DNA of 64,000 nucleotides from Eledone cirrhosa (Eukaryota), in contig OZ024740.1 in NCBI GenBank assembly GCA_964016885.1, positions 319,920,001-319,984,000 of the forward strand, given 5' to 3'. Below the pieces are notes generated by a model. That model was not told the DNA's origin and did no database searches. It saw nothing but the letters and a program-made list of their open reading frames with translations. Positions 14,973-29,213 of this stretch are shown here, one piece after another (position 1 is the stretch's first letter; the number at the start of each line of letters is the position of its first letter). The position numbers were made by a program, and so were the translations under genes.

Positions 14973-15049
<77 letters not shown>

Positions 15050-15129
15050 TAAAATAACAGATTAAAGTTTAAGCAAAGAATTGCTGCTTTCACCGTTAAC
15101 AGGATCTTCTGAAGATATATATATATATA

Positions 15130-15450
15130 AAGAGGACATGCTCCGAAATCAATAGACGTGTCCGAGGAACCTGCGAGTCTAGAGTCAGGTCGATCCACAC
15201 ACTGATCGCACCTCAAGCTGTTCGCCAGGGAAACAATTGTAACACACAATAAATTGAGTTCCGATGCATCACTGATTTTTCGTTTCATTTTCCATCCGGT
15301 CCGTCCCCTTAATCTATTTAATTTCTCATTCTTTCTTCTAATGAAGGACTAGCGTCCGAAATGTTAAGACCCTCTTCCTGCTATATCAAGCGTTAACCTA
15401 ATATATACCTTCCTGTGCCGATTGTGTTGTTATTTCTGTTTACCTTTTAC
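15130..15450 (+). mobile_element. PLE 3'-end fragment with mutated hammerhead at 15338-15368
   Basis: CTAATGA-aggac(tagc)gtcc-GAAA-tgtta; homologous to 53200-53375. Confidence 0.6.
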
Positions 15451-15489
15451 ATACATATATATATCGAATGTAGAAAGGTATGTGTGTGT

Positions 15490-15669
15490 GAATCAATTGG
15501 GGACAACCACAATAAGTAAGGTACTCAATACATAGTAAAGTATATATAATATTTAATATAGAAATGGCTTCTACAGGATTAGAACTGTTTCATTCGAAAG
15601 AAATCATCAGGAAAGCATGATGATTTTTCCTTCGAATGAAACAGTTCTGTAGAAGCCACTTCTATATTA
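15490..15669 (-). mobile_element. PLE terminal fragment with palindromic end and hammerhead core
   Basis: Imperfect palindrome 15554-15669; minus strand reads CTGATGA-tttc(tttc)gaat-GAAAC-agttc; same family as 55908-56109. Confidence 0.75.
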
Positions 15670-15799
15670 TATATATGTGGGGGGGGGGAGGTACGTGTGT
15701 GTGTGAACAAAAAAAAACAATACAGTATAATGAAGAAATATATTAGTTGAACGCTTGATATAATAGGAAGAACATATATATATGTAGCTGTCAATATAA

Positions 15800-15852
<53 letters not shown>

Positions 15853-16218
15853 CTTGCGTACGTGGTTGTGCGTAGCCATACAAAGATTTTATTGTTACCC
15901 ACTATACAGATTTAGCTGTGGAACCAAAAGGGGTCAACAACGACCTGTTGTATAAACAACGAAACACCCCGGGTACTGGTACATCTCAATGGGGTGTTGT
16001 GTTGTTTGTATTTGATTATAGGAAACCACTCTTGTAGCCCGCCATGTCTTCCTACTGTCCCTCTACCTCTTCCCCTCTCTCTTCTCCTTTTATCTCCCGT
16101 CACCTCTCTCTCTCTCTCAACCACCCGGATTTTTCTTTCTTTCTCTCCCTCTCACCTTCTCCCTTTCCCTCTCTCTCTCCCTCTCACCTTCCCTCTTTCT
16201 CTCTCACACACTCACTCA

Positions 16219-16277
<59 letters not shown>

Positions 16278-16384
16278 TTCTTTCTTTCTTTCTTTCCCAC
16301 ACTGTCACCCGGCTTTCTTTCTCTCACTCTACCTCTCTCTTTCTTACTTTCTCTCTTTGTGTATGTGTGTGTGTGTGTGTGTGA

Positions 16385-16670
16385 AGTATTCACGGGGACA
16401 AGGCACGATAGTCAAGCAGTAGTAGATGACGGACGCTATGAAAGTGTTCGCCACCTCCGCTCGACCTTTCAAAGACAGTTTGCACTCTGCCCACTTCTGG
16501 GTGAGCGCAAATACCTTGGCCATAACCTCGTTCCAGTTTTTCTCCACCTTGAGGTCTGGACCGAACCAGACCCCGAGCAATTTCACCGGTCCTTCCGTCC
16601 AGCGTCCGACGACGCTGTCGGACGTCATCGGTTTGCCTCTCCACGTTACGAGTTGCAAACCGACAGACTT
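16385..16670 (-). mobile_element. Isolated internal Tx1-type ORF2 fragment inside (GT)n
   Basis: Near-identical to 26077-26362 (WRGKPM..EGPVKLLGVWF..LSLKGRAEVAN). Confidence 0.9.
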
Positions 16671-16869
16671 GTGTGTATGTGTGTATCGTGCCGTGTATGT
16701 CGTGTATGTGTGTGTCTGTGTCTGTGTCATGTCCTGTACGTGTCTGTGTGTATGGGCGTGTATGTGTGTGTGTCGTGTGTGTGTGTGTATGTGTGTCTGT
16801 GAGTGCGTGTCTCTATGTGTGTGTGTATGTGTGTCTGTGAGTGCGTGTCTCTATGTGTGTGTGTCTGTG

Positions 16870-17068
16870 TGTACCGGTAACTCTTTGTGGAGTCATAATG
16901 ACATATGGCGTTTTGGGGACACTATTTAAACCTGGTGGTACCCATCTTCTCTCCAGGTCTGAACACAGTCTATTTCTTCCAGATAAGGTGAGGGAATTGA
17001 GAGAGTGGAAATGAGAAAGAGATACAGAGAAGGAATCGTCCCCAGTACTAGACTGATACTTTTTTATA
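16870..17068 (-). mobile_element. SINE family A2 tail
   Basis: Reverse complement resembles 51780-51965. Confidence 0.6.
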
Positions 17069-17236
17069 CCTTGAAGAACTGTGAAAATTATATGAATATT
17101 TCCTTCCTAATCTACAAATTTTGTGCGAAAGGTTATCTTATTAGATGTTAAAAACCAGTTCTAACGTATTTTGTATGGCAACAGAGCGCTATTGATTTTG
17201 TACGCTTTTAATAATCTGCACATTATTGATACACGC

Positions 17237-17400
17237 AGCGAATTGGCAGAGTCATTATAGTGTTGGATAGAATGCTTTCGCGCCATTCGTTCCAGCATTC
17301 TGTGATCTGAGTTCAAACATCACCGAAATGAATTTGACCTTTCATCCTTTCGAGGCCGATAGTACTAGTCTAGTATTGAGATTGATTCTCTCTCTCTCTT

Positions 17401-17459
<59 letters not shown>

Positions 17460-17797
17460 CTCTCTCTCTGTGGAAGTAACCGGTGGTTATCAGACCGGGA
17501 GAAGGATGGGCGCTGCCAAGTCTAAATGTCCATGTTACGCCGTACATCACTACGGCGCCGTTACGATTCTATCATTGGTTATCGATGCATAACATGGTAG
17601 AATCGACAGGGCGCTGTATTGGCAGAATCGGTAGAGCATCGGACCAAATGCTTCACGGCATAGAATTACGTCCCTTTACGTTCTGATTCCAAATCCTGCC
17701 GAGGTTAGCTTTGCTTTTCATCCTTACGGGGTCGATTTAACAGACTTTCCCCTCGTCCAAATTTGCTGGCCTTGTGCCTAAAGTAGAAATCATTGTT
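17237..17797 (+). mobile_element. SINE A2 copy (17237-17560) followed by SINE A copy (17618-17797)
   Basis: A/B boxes, (CT)n middle, family tails. Confidence 0.75.
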
Positions 17798-17999
17798 AAC
17801 TGGTTATTCTTCTAACTATGTCTTCTGAAGACACTTTTTATTCGAATTCGTATTGACTCCAGTTATTCAACATGACTGTAGTTGTGGCATTACTGTCGGA
17901 GATAGTATTCATCTTAAATTTAATAAATAGTCTCCCACGCCAAAATATGCGACTGATCGCGTTGACTGTATAGTATATGTATGTATGTAAGTATGTATG

Positions 18000-18410
18000 T
18001 AGTTACCGATGATGTTGATCTTTTCTTCTTTTCGGGTTATAGCTACTGTCGCTCAGAGAGTGGGATTGGCTCAGTGCACAGTCTTTCCTCACTTTAAAAA
18101 ATATCTTCACGCACAGGCATTGCACGATAGGATTAATTAATTGTTTCTACTTTAGGCACAAGGCCAGCAATTACCCAGTGCATTACTGGTACTTTATTTT
18201 ATCGACGCCCTAAGGATGAAAGGCAAAGTCAACCTCGGCGGGATTTGAACTCAGATCGTAAAGGGACGTAACTATGCTGGAAAGCATGGCGTCCGACCCT
18301 CTACCGATACTGCCAATCCACCGCCCACCATAGGATTAATTAATAATTATTAATAATGGTATATCGTGCAATGGCCATACTCGATAACGAGGAGGCAGCC
18401 ATCATCATGT
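18000..18410 (+). mobile_element. Family R element interrupted by a SINE A insertion
   Basis: Matches 8690-8900 on both sides of the insertion. Confidence 0.8.
18142..18329 (-). mobile_element. Young SINE A with 15-bp target site duplication
   Basis: ataggattaattaat at 18127-18141 and 18330-18344. Confidence 0.9.
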
Positions 18411-18447
18411 ATGTATGTATGTGTGTATGTATGTATGTACGAGTGTA

Positions 18448-18478
<31 letters not shown>

Positions 18479-19081
18479 TATGTGTGTGTGCTTGTGTGTG
18501 TTTATGTATGTACGTGTGTATGTGTATATATATATATATATATATACATATACACACATATATATACGTGTGTGTCTGTTTATAAGTATACGTCAGTGAA
18601 GCATATATCTGTAACGAATCGTATATATTATTTTAAAGTAATACACAGTAATATCACTGTTGACGTCTAACACCGCCTTTAGTTAATTAATTGACTGACT
18701 TCTTTTTCATCACTGGTCTTTCAACTGTAATATCATAGTAAATATATCACACACGTTCATACACATATACACATACACTCATACACACACAGATACACAC
18801 ACACACACATACATACGGGGAAAGTGAGAGAAAGAGATTGAGTAAATAGATAGATAGATAGATAGATAGATAGATTTCTTTATTTACCATAAAAGAAGGG
18901 ACAAATACAAAGGGGGAGTTTACATAAAACCGAGTAAAAAGGGTATAAAATGAAAATAATCGAAAACAACCTCAAAAAGGGAGGGGACGTGATGGGGGTT
19001 GCACACACCCCCGAAAAAGTGTGCAATCCTTTGCCCGGGGAGCACATGGAGAAGGTGCTCCCCTCTCCTTCACTTCTTTAC

Positions 19082-22000
19082 CTACAGGATGGTATACAGA
19101 GAAGGCCCATTTACACCAGCCATTCTCGCCACTATCACCCACCTTTCATAAAACTGCCTGTGGCCAAGCACCTCTCTCTCCATTCTTATCCTTCTTCTGA
19201 AGTGATATCGGAAGAAGTAGACCAGACTATGGCCAGAGAGGAAGTTGCCTGACCTCAGACCTTTCAATCGTGTCCACCAAACAACCTCTTTCAACATGGC
19301 TATTACGCACAGAAAAACCGCCTTTGCTTCCTTTGTGAAGAGGGGAAGCGGCTTGATTGTCATCACGGAGTCGGCGGTCAATCGAATCGGCGCCACCCGC
19401 GACAGCAGTCGTTCGGCGTAGCCCCACAGATCAGCCACGCCCGGACATTGCACCAATGCGTGCGCAACGGTTTCTTCGTGACGCAGGCATCTAGGGCAAA
19501 TCTATTTCGAGGGATCCCTGCCCGGGCGCCCGTGTCTGTAGAGCTTTTCTCGAACGGGTAGAGCTCCCCGGTAGCACTGCCAGGCTAGTGACTGCTAACC
19601 ACCAGCCCTCTATAGAATGACGAGGTGGATTCTCCACCGATGGCCGGGTCCGCTTGCCAGAGAGCCCTGAGCGCCTGAGCACACTCAGTGTGCCAGTCTC
19701 CCAGTTTTCCGGATCTTTGCTTGACCCAGGACTGCAGCTCGGTGAGCGAGACGAGTCTCGGAAAGGCTCGTTTCACGAACGGAGCCCACACCGGTTGACC
19801 AGTGAGGAATACCTGTAGGTGCCGTAGCCTTAATGCGTGCCTACACATCATCAACCACGGCATCCCCAGCCCTCCTTTCGAAGGTTATTGGCAGCAGATG
19901 TATCTTCTCACCATAGGAGGGCGCTTCTTCCAAAGAAATTGAAAGAGCATGCGTTCCATGGTGGTGAGTGTTTCCTTAGGGCAAGGCACGACAGTCAGGC
20001 GGTAGTAAGTGACGGACGCTATGTAAATGTTCGCCACCTCCGCCCGACCTTTTATGGACAGCTTACACTTGGCCCATTTCTGGGTTAGTGCAAACACCTT
20101 GTTCGTAACCTCGCCCCAGTTCTTTTCCACCTGGAGGTCCGGTCCAAACCTGACCCCAAGCAACTTCACCGGGCCCTCCATCCAGAGTCCGACGACAGCG
20201 TCGGGAGGCATCGGTCTGCCTCTCCACGTTCCGAGTTGCAGCCCGATGGATTTTTCCCGGTTCAGTTTCGCTCCTGACAACCTTTGGTATTCCTCCAGTA
20301 AGGTACCGATCGCCTCGATCTCCGAGTCGGTCGATACCATTACTGTTACGTCATCGGCGTAAGCCGATACCGCTTTGCTCAATCCTGGTTCCAGGGGGAT
20401 ACCCCGCAACAACTCCAACTTCCTCAGTAAAGGCTCGAGAGTCAATACGTACAGAAGGGAGGAGAGAGGGCACCCCTGTCGAATGGATCGTGTGATTTCG
20501 AACGGCTTCGAAAGGTAGCCGTTCACCTTGATCCTAGAACAGATGTGGTTGCTATGTAAGGCAGTGATCCAGCCTCTGAAAACAGGACCAAACCCAGCCG
20601 CCGCTAGCACCGCATCCAGGTAACCATGGTCGACCCTATCGAACGCCTTAGACTGATCCAAGTTGATCAGGGCCCCACCGAAGCCGGGTTTGTTGCCAAC
20701 CCTCTCTATGATGTATCGCATGAGGTGGTGGTTGTCGTGAATGAACCTGGATGTCTGCGCATCTCCCACCAGGCCACCCACGACAAGCGCCAACCTCTTT
20801 GTTAAGACCTTGGCCAAAATCTTTAACTCTGTGTTTAGCAGGGTTATGGGCCGAAAATTATTTATACTATCCCCCTTGTTCTCGTCCTTCCTCACCAGCG
20901 AGACTACGCCCTTGGCTACAGAACAAGGAATTCTCCCGTTCTGCTGCCAATTGCAGTAGACTGCTTCGAGGAGTTCGGAGAAGAAGACCGGCATTGCTAA
21001 ATAAAGTTCGTAAGGTATACCATCGAGACCTGGAGATTTGCGTCTGCTGCATTGGCTCAGCGCATCCCCGATCTCATCAGCCGAGATTGGTCCCTCGCAG
21101 GACTCTGCCTCTTCGCTCGAGAGACGCGGCAGGCCGTCGAGGTATGGACCGAAATCCACGTCCCCGCCCGGACCCTCGCCACCCCCGAATAATCGGGCAA
21201 AGTGCCTTTGAAAGGCCTCGCACATCTGCTTAGGCTCCCGGATGACCCGTCCATCCTCGTCTTGCAAAGACCGGATGGTGGATCGATTTCCACTCTTAGC
21301 TTCTGTCACGCGGGCCCAGCCAACGGCTTTGGCCCCCTCATTACCTAGAGCACGTATTTTACTTCGAATGACGCAGCCTTCGCGCTTTGCATCGAAAAAC
21401 TGGCTCAAGGCCGTCCTCGATGCCAGCACTCTGGCCACATCTTCGCTCTTGATTGCCTCTTCTAATTTACCTGTTAATTCTTTCTCGTTCCTATTCCTAT
21501 CGGCAGCCAACATCTTGCTATAACTTATTGATTCTGTTCTAATCTCTCTTTTGAGAGATGTCCACCATCGGTTGTTGACGATTGCACCCGTCAACCTCTC
21601 CTTAACTAATCTGCTAATCCGGTTTCTGTAAGTCTCTTTTGCCGGTAAAGACAAATTAAGTTTCCAGTAACCGGGACCCTCTCTATGTGTTTTCTCGAGA
21701 TTGACTACGCAGGTCACTAATTTGTGATCCGTATAGCCAACCGTGAGCATTTCTGGACAGCTTAATATGTCCCTATCCTTACTTCTAACTAAGAATCTAA
21801 GTACGATCTAGATTGACCACTGTGGTTCGTCCAAGTCCAGGTTGGCACAGTTGGAAAATCTAGTCGATATCTATCGACCAAGTTAAAACGGTTGAGTAAC
21901 CCCTTGAGGCTGTTACACCCCCCTCTATTAGGACATGCTCCTGCATAGTCCCAACGTGCATCTAGCATGTCATTCCAATCCCCCGTTAGAAGCAGGGAAC

Positions 22001-22400
22001 GCGACGTTCCCAGAAAAGTCTCCAGACGCTGGAAGTAGTCGGGTCGTTCAGCTCCGAAATGGGAGTAGACGGCGACCAGTCTCAAGGCCGCACCTTCACT
22101 ACTGCCAACGTCTAGCACCAACAAACGACCTTCCGGGTCCGAGTGAATAACCTGTACGGCGAGACCCAGGTGTTTTTCCAGCAGTACAAAAACCCCACCC
22201 CCACCTCCAGGTTGACAGATAGATGCATGCACCTCAAAGTCATCGAAGGTAGGGGCCAGCTGCCGCACGACGCTGATCCGAGTCTCACAGATAACCATTA
22301 CATTTATACCACGTGACCTGAGGTCATTTAGAAGCTTTGCTTGCTTCCAAGCTGAGCCCAGGCCACGTGCATTCAAACATCCTACTCTTAACACATCCAT
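19082..22400 (-). pseudogene. Tx1-type ORF2 (APE endonuclease + reverse transcriptase), disrupted
   Basis: LNARGL, ICET, GDWN, SYLD; GYWKLN, KSPGLDG, RPITLLN, DQSKAFDRV, RQGCPLS, AYADD. Frameshift near 21780, stop at 19885, deletion near 19590. Confidence 0.92.
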
Positions 22401-22769
22401 GTGGGTGGCAAAGCCAAAGGAGAGTGTAGAGACCTACCTTTCTGCTTCCCGAGGTTCGGGTCGCACGACTTCCATGGGTCGGGGGTGTTGAGTGAAGGGG
22501 TGTCTTGTGGTGGTGTGGGGTCGTCAGTGTGTGGTGTGGTTGGGGTGTTTGGAGTTGTGTTAGGGAGGGGAAGGGGAAGGGGAAAGCTTTTTAGGAGGAC
22601 GCGGTTTGGGGTTTGACAGAGGGTGGCCCTACGTCCTCCTTAAAATCCTTTTTTAGTTTTTGGTAGAGGTTCATTGGGATCTTTATTAATTTTAAATGTG
22701 GGTAGTTTTCTGAAGAAACAAAGTTTACCCCTTCGGTTTGTACCGAAGGGTTATTGTTTATGAGTTCAT

Positions 22770-24334
22770 TTAATTTATTATTGTTTCTGTTGATGTAAGT
22801 ATAGTGTAATGTCTTTTTTTCGGATGGTGTGAGTGTTTCGAAGAGGGGAGGGGCAGGTAGGTTTTGTTTGTTGTTGGAGGGGTGTTTTGTGTTTTGTTGG
22901 ATTGTGTTGACATCTGGGTAGGGGTTGTTTGGCCTTGTGTGTTTTGCACATGTTTTCTTTTTTTCCTTTTAATCTGTCTGAAGGACACTGTTTCTTCCTC
23001 TGAATTCGTTGGGTTATCTTCAGTGTTGGAGGGAAGAGGTATGTTTGCTGGTAATGTTTCCGTGTTGGTTTTCTTTGTGGGGGAGATGGATGTCACTATG
23101 TTAGACTGTGTTGTGTGTTGTGGCTGCGGTGGTTGTGTTGTTTTATTGAGTGAGGGGTTGGGTGGGACTGTGTTTTGTTTTTGGGTAATGTGTTGTGTCT
23201 GTTTGTGTTGTGGTGGTGGTGTAGTTTTACTGAGGGACGGGTTGGGTGGGACTGAGTTTTGTTGTTTGTTTATCTGTTGTGGTGGTGGTGGAGCTGGTGT
23301 TGGTAGCAGGTTTTCTTCTTGTTGAGTTGGGGACAAGCCGCCTTCAGGTGCCCTCTGTCTGCACAGATATTACAGGACGGCCTTCTTCCCTCCACGCTAA
23401 TGTTTATATACCCGTGGCCCTCTAATAGGATTCTGTCGGGTATTTGGGCAATGCGTTCAGGCTTCATTTGCACTACAAGTTCTATACCTGTTCCACTGAA
23501 CGCATTCCCTGTGGTTTTCCCAATGGAAATCACGTTGTCATTCGCTAGATCGATGAAGCCAGCTTTGAGCCAGCAGTAGTCCACATCTGGCATCATCGCA
23601 TCCAGCCGTATGCGCTGAGTTCTTTTACCCATATAAGATGGATAAAAGGTAAAATTTGTCGAACGAATCGGCGACAAAGCATATTTTTTTGCCGCTGATT
23701 CGTTCTTCATAATAATCGCTAGGCTTCCATACAGTCTGTCTCTTCTTATGAAAGTGGCTTCATTAAGTACTTCTGTAAGTACTGCTTTAATTTCTGCTTG
23801 TGTTGGTTGTGGGGGTCTTTTTGAGATGTTGTTGATGGTGCAGAAAACGACCGTCCGACTTTCAATATCTTTGGTGAGTTCTTGGGGCATTTTTACCGAT
23901 AAGGTTCCATTTTCCCCTTGAGTTATGTATTGTTTGGCGTCTGTGATTCTTCGTGCCACATCTGAAATATTTTCAGGTATATATGTTAAAGATTTCTTTG
24001 TTGTTTGTGCAAATGAAATATTATTGGTGTTGACTTTGTCGTCTGCTTTGGTTTCTGTTATGATGTTGTTTTCAAATGTTATTTTTGTGTTTGTTGTTTC
24101 TTTGTTTGTGGTATTAATATTGTCATGCAATTCTTTCAAATTTTTTTTGTTGTGGGAATCAATCTCCAGATTTGTGTTTTCGTCATTTTTCTCCGCACAT
24201 TCGTCTGTTTTTATTTTATTTCTTCTTTCCTTCTCTATGACGTTAGTTGGGAAGGAAGGGGGGACTAAAACGTGCGAGCTTACAACTCTTACCGCTGTCC
24301 CCCCACCACTATTTTCGTTAGCTTCGTTTAACAT
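22770..24334 (-). pseudogene. Tx1-type ORF1 (zinc knuckle, Pro/Thr/Gln-rich tail), frameshifted
   Basis: ORFs 23270..24334 and 22770..23336; VEGRRPSCNICADRGHLKAAC. Confidence 0.85.
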
Positions 24335-24599
24335 TTCTGCCAGACGATTGAAATTTTATGCCACAAAATTTTTAAAAACAGGTTTTTCACCCCTGGGAGG
24401 GGCGAAGATGAGCTGACCCACCACCTGACAGTTCAGACGGGGGGGTCAAGCTACACAATAGTATCAAAATTAAAATTAAACTTACAAAATTTCCGCAATA
24501 AATTGGAACAAAACTTCTGCGCGAAGTGAATTACGTCTACGCTGTAGAACAGACGACAGCTAGATTAATAGATAGATATATAGATAGATAGATAGATAT

Positions 24600-24698
<99 letters not shown>

Positions 24699-24722
24699 CG
24701 TATATGCATACATACAAAGACA

Positions 24723-24797
<75 letters not shown>

Positions 24798-24855
24798 TGA
24801 TATACATGTATGTGCGAGTGTATTAGATATATGGATAGATAGATACATAGATATA

Positions 24856-26658
24856 TTTCTTTATTTGCCACAAGGGCGCACAAAAAAGGGGACAATACAA
24901 AAACACATGTCGGGGATTTTACATACAGTCGTGTAAAAATATTGAAACGAACAATTATAACAATCGAAATCCCCAATAAGGAGGAAGCGCCACAAATGGG
25001 ATGTTTAATACCCCGTCAATAGAACAACACTCAACTTCAGGAGCGTATTGTGCAAGTGCTCCCTTCTTCCTTTTGCTCTCTTCTTTAACCTACAGGCTTA
25101 TAAACAGAGAAGGCCCAATCACGCGGGCCACTTTCGCTTCATTCACCCACCTTTCAGTAAATTTACTGGGGTGCAGTGCCTCTCTCTCCACTCTGATTCT
25201 CCTTCTAAAGATACTTAAAGAAGGGAATCAATTGTTGTCCGGAGAGAAAGGCATCTGTCCTCAGTCCTCTTAATCTCGTCCACCATATGACCTCTTTCAC
25301 CATAGCCACTGTACAGAGGAAAACCGCCTCTCTTTCGTTTTTGAAAGAGGCTGGCGGTTTCATCCTTACTATGGACTCGGCTGTCAACTGGATTTGTTCC
25401 ATACGCGACAGCAGTTGTTCTGCATAGTTCCACAGGTCGGTTACGCCCAGGCAGTGTACAATTGCGTGCAAGACGGTTTCAATGTCCTGCTCGCATCTTG
25501 GACACGTCCTCTTGAAAGGATCCCTGCCGGGGCGTCCGTGCCTGTAGATCTTATCTTGAACGGGTAGAGCTCCTCGGTAGCACTGCCAGGCCAGAGACCT
25601 CTGAAAGTTGTCCATATTCCCGGGCGGAAAGTCTTACCGAACAGACTAGTGAGCGCGTCGACTTCGACGCCTAGAATCTCCCCGAGCACGTCGTGGAACT
25701 TGTAAAGTACTAACCCTCTATAGAATGTCGAAGTGGAGTCTCCACTGATTGCTGTGCCCGCTTGACAGAGGACTGTGAGCGCCTGGGCGCATTCAATGTG
25801 CCAGGCGCCCATCTTCTTCGGTCTTCGCTTCACCCAGGACTGCAGCTCCGTCAGCGATACAAGTTGTGGGAAGGCCTGTCTCACAAACGGTGCCCCAACC
25901 GGTTGGTCGGTGAGGAATACCTGGAGATGCGGTAGCCTCAGCGCATGTTTGCGCATCTTTAGCCACGGCATGCCCAGCCCTCCGTTGGAAGGGTGTTGAC
26001 AACAGACGGATCTCCTCACCAGTGGAGCCTGCTTCTTCCACAGGAACTGGAAGAGCATGCGTTCCATCTTGGTGAGGTATTCACGGGGACAAGGCACGAT
26101 AGTCAAGCAGTAGTAGATGACGGACGCTATGAAAGTGTTCGCCACCTCCGCTCGACCTTTCAAAGACAGTTTGCACTCTGCCCACTTCTGGGTGAGCGCA
26201 AATACCTTCGCCATGACCTCGTTCCAGTTTTTCTCCACCTGGAGGTCTGGACAGAACCAGACCCCGAGAAATTTCACCGGTCCTTCCGTCCAGCGTCCGA
26301 CGACGCTGTCGGACGGCATCGGATTGCCTCTCCACGTTCCGAGTTACAAACCGACAGACTTGTCCGGGTTCAGTTTTGCTCCTGTGAACCTTTTGTATTC
26401 CTGTAGTAGGTTGCCGATTACCTTGATTTCCGAGGTTTTCGACACCATTACCGTCACGTCGTCGGCATAAGCCGACACCGCTTTTCGCAGTCCCGGTTCT
26501 AAAGGGATGCCCTGCAAAAGCTCCAACTTCCGCAGTAGTGGCTCTAGAGTCAATACGTACAGAATGGGGGAGAGAGGGGATCCCTGTCGAATGGAACGCG
26601 TGATTGCGAACGGCTCCGATAGGTAGCTGTTCACCTTGACCCTCAAGCAGATGCTGGT
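24856..26658 (-). mobile_element. 5'-truncated Tx1-type LINE, in tandem with the previous copy in the same GATA tract
   Basis: RQGSPLSP, AYADD, CPRC..ETVLHA; 3' aataaagaaa; GATA-like repeats at both ends. Confidence 0.92.
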
Positions 26659-26713
26659 ATAGATAGATAGATACATACATACATACATATATATATCCAT
26701 AAATACAAACACA

Positions 26714-26781
<68 letters not shown>

Positions 26782-27723
26782 TTTACACATACACCAATTC
26801 TAGCAACCAACCCACTCGCCGTAAGCAACCAATCACACCCTTCCTGACTTGACCACTGCCACGTCACGGTTATCAACCATTACGAATTCGTGTTTGGCGG
26901 GGGTTTGACGGAGTATGTATGTATATATATATATATATATATATATCGGGAGAATGAGAGGTATAGATAAATGCATACATACATTCAAACATACAAACAT
27001 ACATTCATACATACATACATACATACGTACATACATACATACATACATACATACATAGATACATATATATATACATACAAACACACCTATACGTCCACAC
27101 AAACACACACACATAACATATACATACACATACACATACATACGCATATACATACACACACATGCACATATACATATATATAGATATACACATATACAGA
27201 CAACATTTCAGTCGTTATTTTTGTAAAATTGTATACTTGAGATGATTTTTATCTATTAATTATTTCTCAATTGTTTCATTAATATGACTACATCAAAGAC
27301 ACTATCGTTATAATGTCGAACTTTATGATATGTTATTAGCGTTTCTTTCCATGATGGACGTGTACTCTTCATCTTCCTGGTCACAATACACCAAGAATTA
27401 CTTATTATTATAGCTATGGGTGACAGCAAATGACTATACAAAGGGGAGGAATTTCCTTAAAAGTACATGAAAATTAGGTTGAAGCGAACTTTGGTATTAT
27501 AGAAATCCAGCGTATAGCTTGAATCGCAAGCAATTCTGAAAGAAGTGTCTTGGCAAGTCCACACACTCTCTCTCTCTTTCTCTCTCTGTTTCTCTCTCAG
27601 ACACAAACTGACATATACCTATATGCATATATGCAGACATATATTATAAATATCTTATATATATATAGATATATATATACATATGTATGTGTGTGTGTGT
27701 GTGTGTATTATTATATTTATTAA

Positions 27724-28085
27724 GGGCGGTGGATTGGCAGTATCGGTAGAGGGTCGGACGCCATACTTTCCAGCATAGTTACGTCCCTTTACGGTCTGAG
27801 TTCAAATCCCGCCGAGGTTAACTTTGCCTTTCATCCTTACGAGGTCGATAAAATAAAGTACCAGTAATGCACTGGGTAATTGCTGGCCTTGTGCCAAATG
27901 TAGAAACAATTATATTTATTATGGTCTATTGGCAGTATCGGTAGAGCGTCGACAGAATAGAGTTGCGGCCCTTTACATTCTGAGTGCAAATCCCGCTGGG
28001 GTTAGCTTTGCTTTTCATCCTTACTGGGTCGATAAAATAAAGTGTAAGTAGAGCACTGGGGTCGATTTAATCGACTTTCCCCGTC
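27724..28085 (+). mobile_element. Two tandem SINE A copies
   Basis: ggattggcagtatcggtag..gagttcaaatcccgccgagg. Confidence 0.9.
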
Positions 28086-28581
28086 CCTTCAAATACATAC
28101 ATATATGCATGCATAAATACATACATACATACATACATACATACATACAGACACACACATATATATATACATGATATACATACATACATACACACATACA
28201 TATATACACACATACATACATATATACACACATACATACATATATACATACATACATACATACAGACAGACACACAATTATATACATAAACATGATATAC
28301 ATACATACATACACACATACATACATATATACACACATACATACATACATGTACACATACTTACATACATAAATGCATACAGACACACACGCATACATAC
28401 ATGATATACATACATACATACACAGTCTTGTTATAGAAGAGTAAGTTGTCAATTTAGAAAAGACTACAGAAGTTCTATAGCATAAGGTAATATATATCGA
28501 TATTTATTTTAAGAGAGATTCATATATTTAATAACCACTTCCACCAATTATACATATTTGACGCATCGTAAATATAATAGT

Positions 28582-28734
28582 ACTTGTAGTAGTACCCGGT
28601 GTTGCTTAGGAACAACATGACTTAGCCGGTAAACAATAATAATTGATTATAATCAATATGCGTATGGGTATGTATGTGTTTGTGTTTTGTCTGTCTGTCT
28701 TTTGTGTGCTTGTATGTCTGCATATTTGTGAGTG

Positions 28735-28818
<84 letters not shown>

Positions 28819-29097
28819 TGTGTGTGTGTGTGCGCGCGCGTGTGTGTGTGTGTGTGTATACATACACACACACATAACATATGTGAGTGTGTGCGCGTAT
28901 GTTTGTGTGTTTATATATGCATCTATATTATATTTAACTATTTTAAACCACCAACCTCATGTCTAACCCGTAACGACTCCATGAAAAAAGTCTTCGAAAA
29001 TAATCTGCAACGGATTTATATGAATCTCGTCTCCTTCAATAGCTCAAACACACAACCACTACACATATCAAAAAAACATTATACTCTCTAATATATA
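28582..29097 (-). mobile_element. Possible non-autonomous Helitron
   Basis: Minus strand ends with a degenerate hairpin cctaagcaacaccgggtactactacaagt, resembling a hairpin+CTAG end. Confidence 0.35.
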
Positions 29098-29213
29098 AAC
29101 ACCGTGCAGTCGGTTCTTTCTGAGTCCCTAAATCTACTAATTCTATGAGTACATCCTTAACATAGAAAAACTTCAGTACAAAGACTGGCTTTCCTCTCCA
29201 GTGCCTGAAAATA

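Larger units (their letters stand above)
18875..24560 (-). mobile_element. Near full-length Tx1/L1-type LINE inserted in (GATA)n
   Basis: ORF1 with CCHC knuckle, ORF2 APE-RT-C-terminal Cys domain, 3' aataaagaaa then (TCTA)n; GATA repeats on both sides. Confidence 0.92.

Noticed and set aside
22864-24416. Hydrophobic + strand ORFs resembling membrane proteins
   Set aside because: Antisense shadows of the A/C-rich Tx1 ORF1
26795-26915. CCAAT boxes and a CACGTCA motif suggesting a promoter
   Set aside because: Short motifs in a ~120-bp island between microsatellites; no linked transcript evidence
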